This document shows, piece by piece, positions 63,241 through 64,000 of a DNA stretch of 64,000 nt. The notes beneath the pieces were generated by a model. The model saw only the letters and a list, made by a program, of their open reading frames with translations. It made no database searches and was not told where the DNA came from. Source of the DNA: Squalus acanthias (Eukaryota). Position numbers and translations under genes: made by a program. The number at the start of each line of letters is the position of its first letter. Position 1 is the first letter of the stretch. The stretch lies in assembly GCA_030390025.1 (NCBI GenBank), contig CM059432.1, positions 124,250,001 to 124,314,000 of the forward strand, in the 5' to 3' direction.

Positions 63241-64000
63241 AGATTTCCAAAATTTGCAGATCCCCAAAAATATATCGAAAGGGTAAAAATAAAGGACTTT
63301 GGAACTTTAAAGGAAACGTGCCTGGACATGTACGGCTCGTGGATGGTCTGGGAATTCAAAGCCCAGCAAACATTAACATTTGGACAATAGGCCCTGGGGA
63401 AAGGCCGCCCCACCCAAAACACAGAGCCCATAGGAATGCTAGGACCAGCAAGGAACCCAAAGCAGGAGAACAATGCAAGCTTCCATGGAACAACAGCGCA
63501 ACAGGATGTAAGCCATTTGATTTGGTTTAGCATAGTTGAAAGCCCATCAAAATTTTAACAAGACAATGAACAGGCCTCACCTGAAAACTCACTGCATTAT
63601 GAAACCAGTTTTTCGTGAGGAGTTTTGTGGGGCGGTGGGGGGGGGGGGCGAAAAAGGACTATATCTATAGCAGGACCCAAGAGCTCTCTCTTTTGACTCG
63701 CCGACTACACTGGTCCAAGGCTCTCTCGCAGCACTGCCCAGAAGCCACATGGTAAAGGAAGACGTTCGATGACCAGAATCACCATCGACTTATCTGGCTG
63801 GATTTCGTACTGTTAATACCCCTGTCTGGTGAGCATTATCCCTGATCTCCTGAAACCGAAACCTAGCTAGAAGTGGGATTTTTGGGAGGGATAAAGTTTT
63901 TGTTTTTTTCTTGTATACTGTCAATTTTCCTCACCTGTAACCGTGTGTTCCCCAAACCTGTTTAAGTGTGAAGTGTGTTTAAGTTTGTTACCTTTTAATT

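Overview
Eukaryotic genomic DNA, most likely from a shark or other cartilaginous fish, inferred from the repeat families present. The only supportable host coding sequence is one 171-nt internal exon (4029-4199, minus strand) of a CCDC102-family coiled-coil gene. I recognised no other exon of that gene, so the rest of the window is probably intron. It is densely filled with transposable elements: CR1 and L2 LINE fragments, one RTE 3' end, Penelope-like fragments, several tRNA-derived SINE families (Deu-domain, AmnSINE2-like, LF-SINE-like and one unnamed), decayed PIF/Harbinger transposons and their MITEs, and one hAT MITE. Many are nested, with readable target-site duplications (TSDs). Almost all ORF-track entries are TE fragments or spurious. 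I found no intact novel protein-coding system. The most notable items are a 118-bp spacerless Penelope palindrome with a 14-bp TSD, hammerhead-like motifs in Penelope ends, an LF-SINE-like element in a probable chondrichthyan, a decayed C-type lectin exon, a Harbinger derivative that lost its DDE domain but kept the Myb/SANT exon, and a CR1 with a doubled 3' tail. Family names come from remembered consensus motifs, not database searches. Boundaries without a TSD are approximate.
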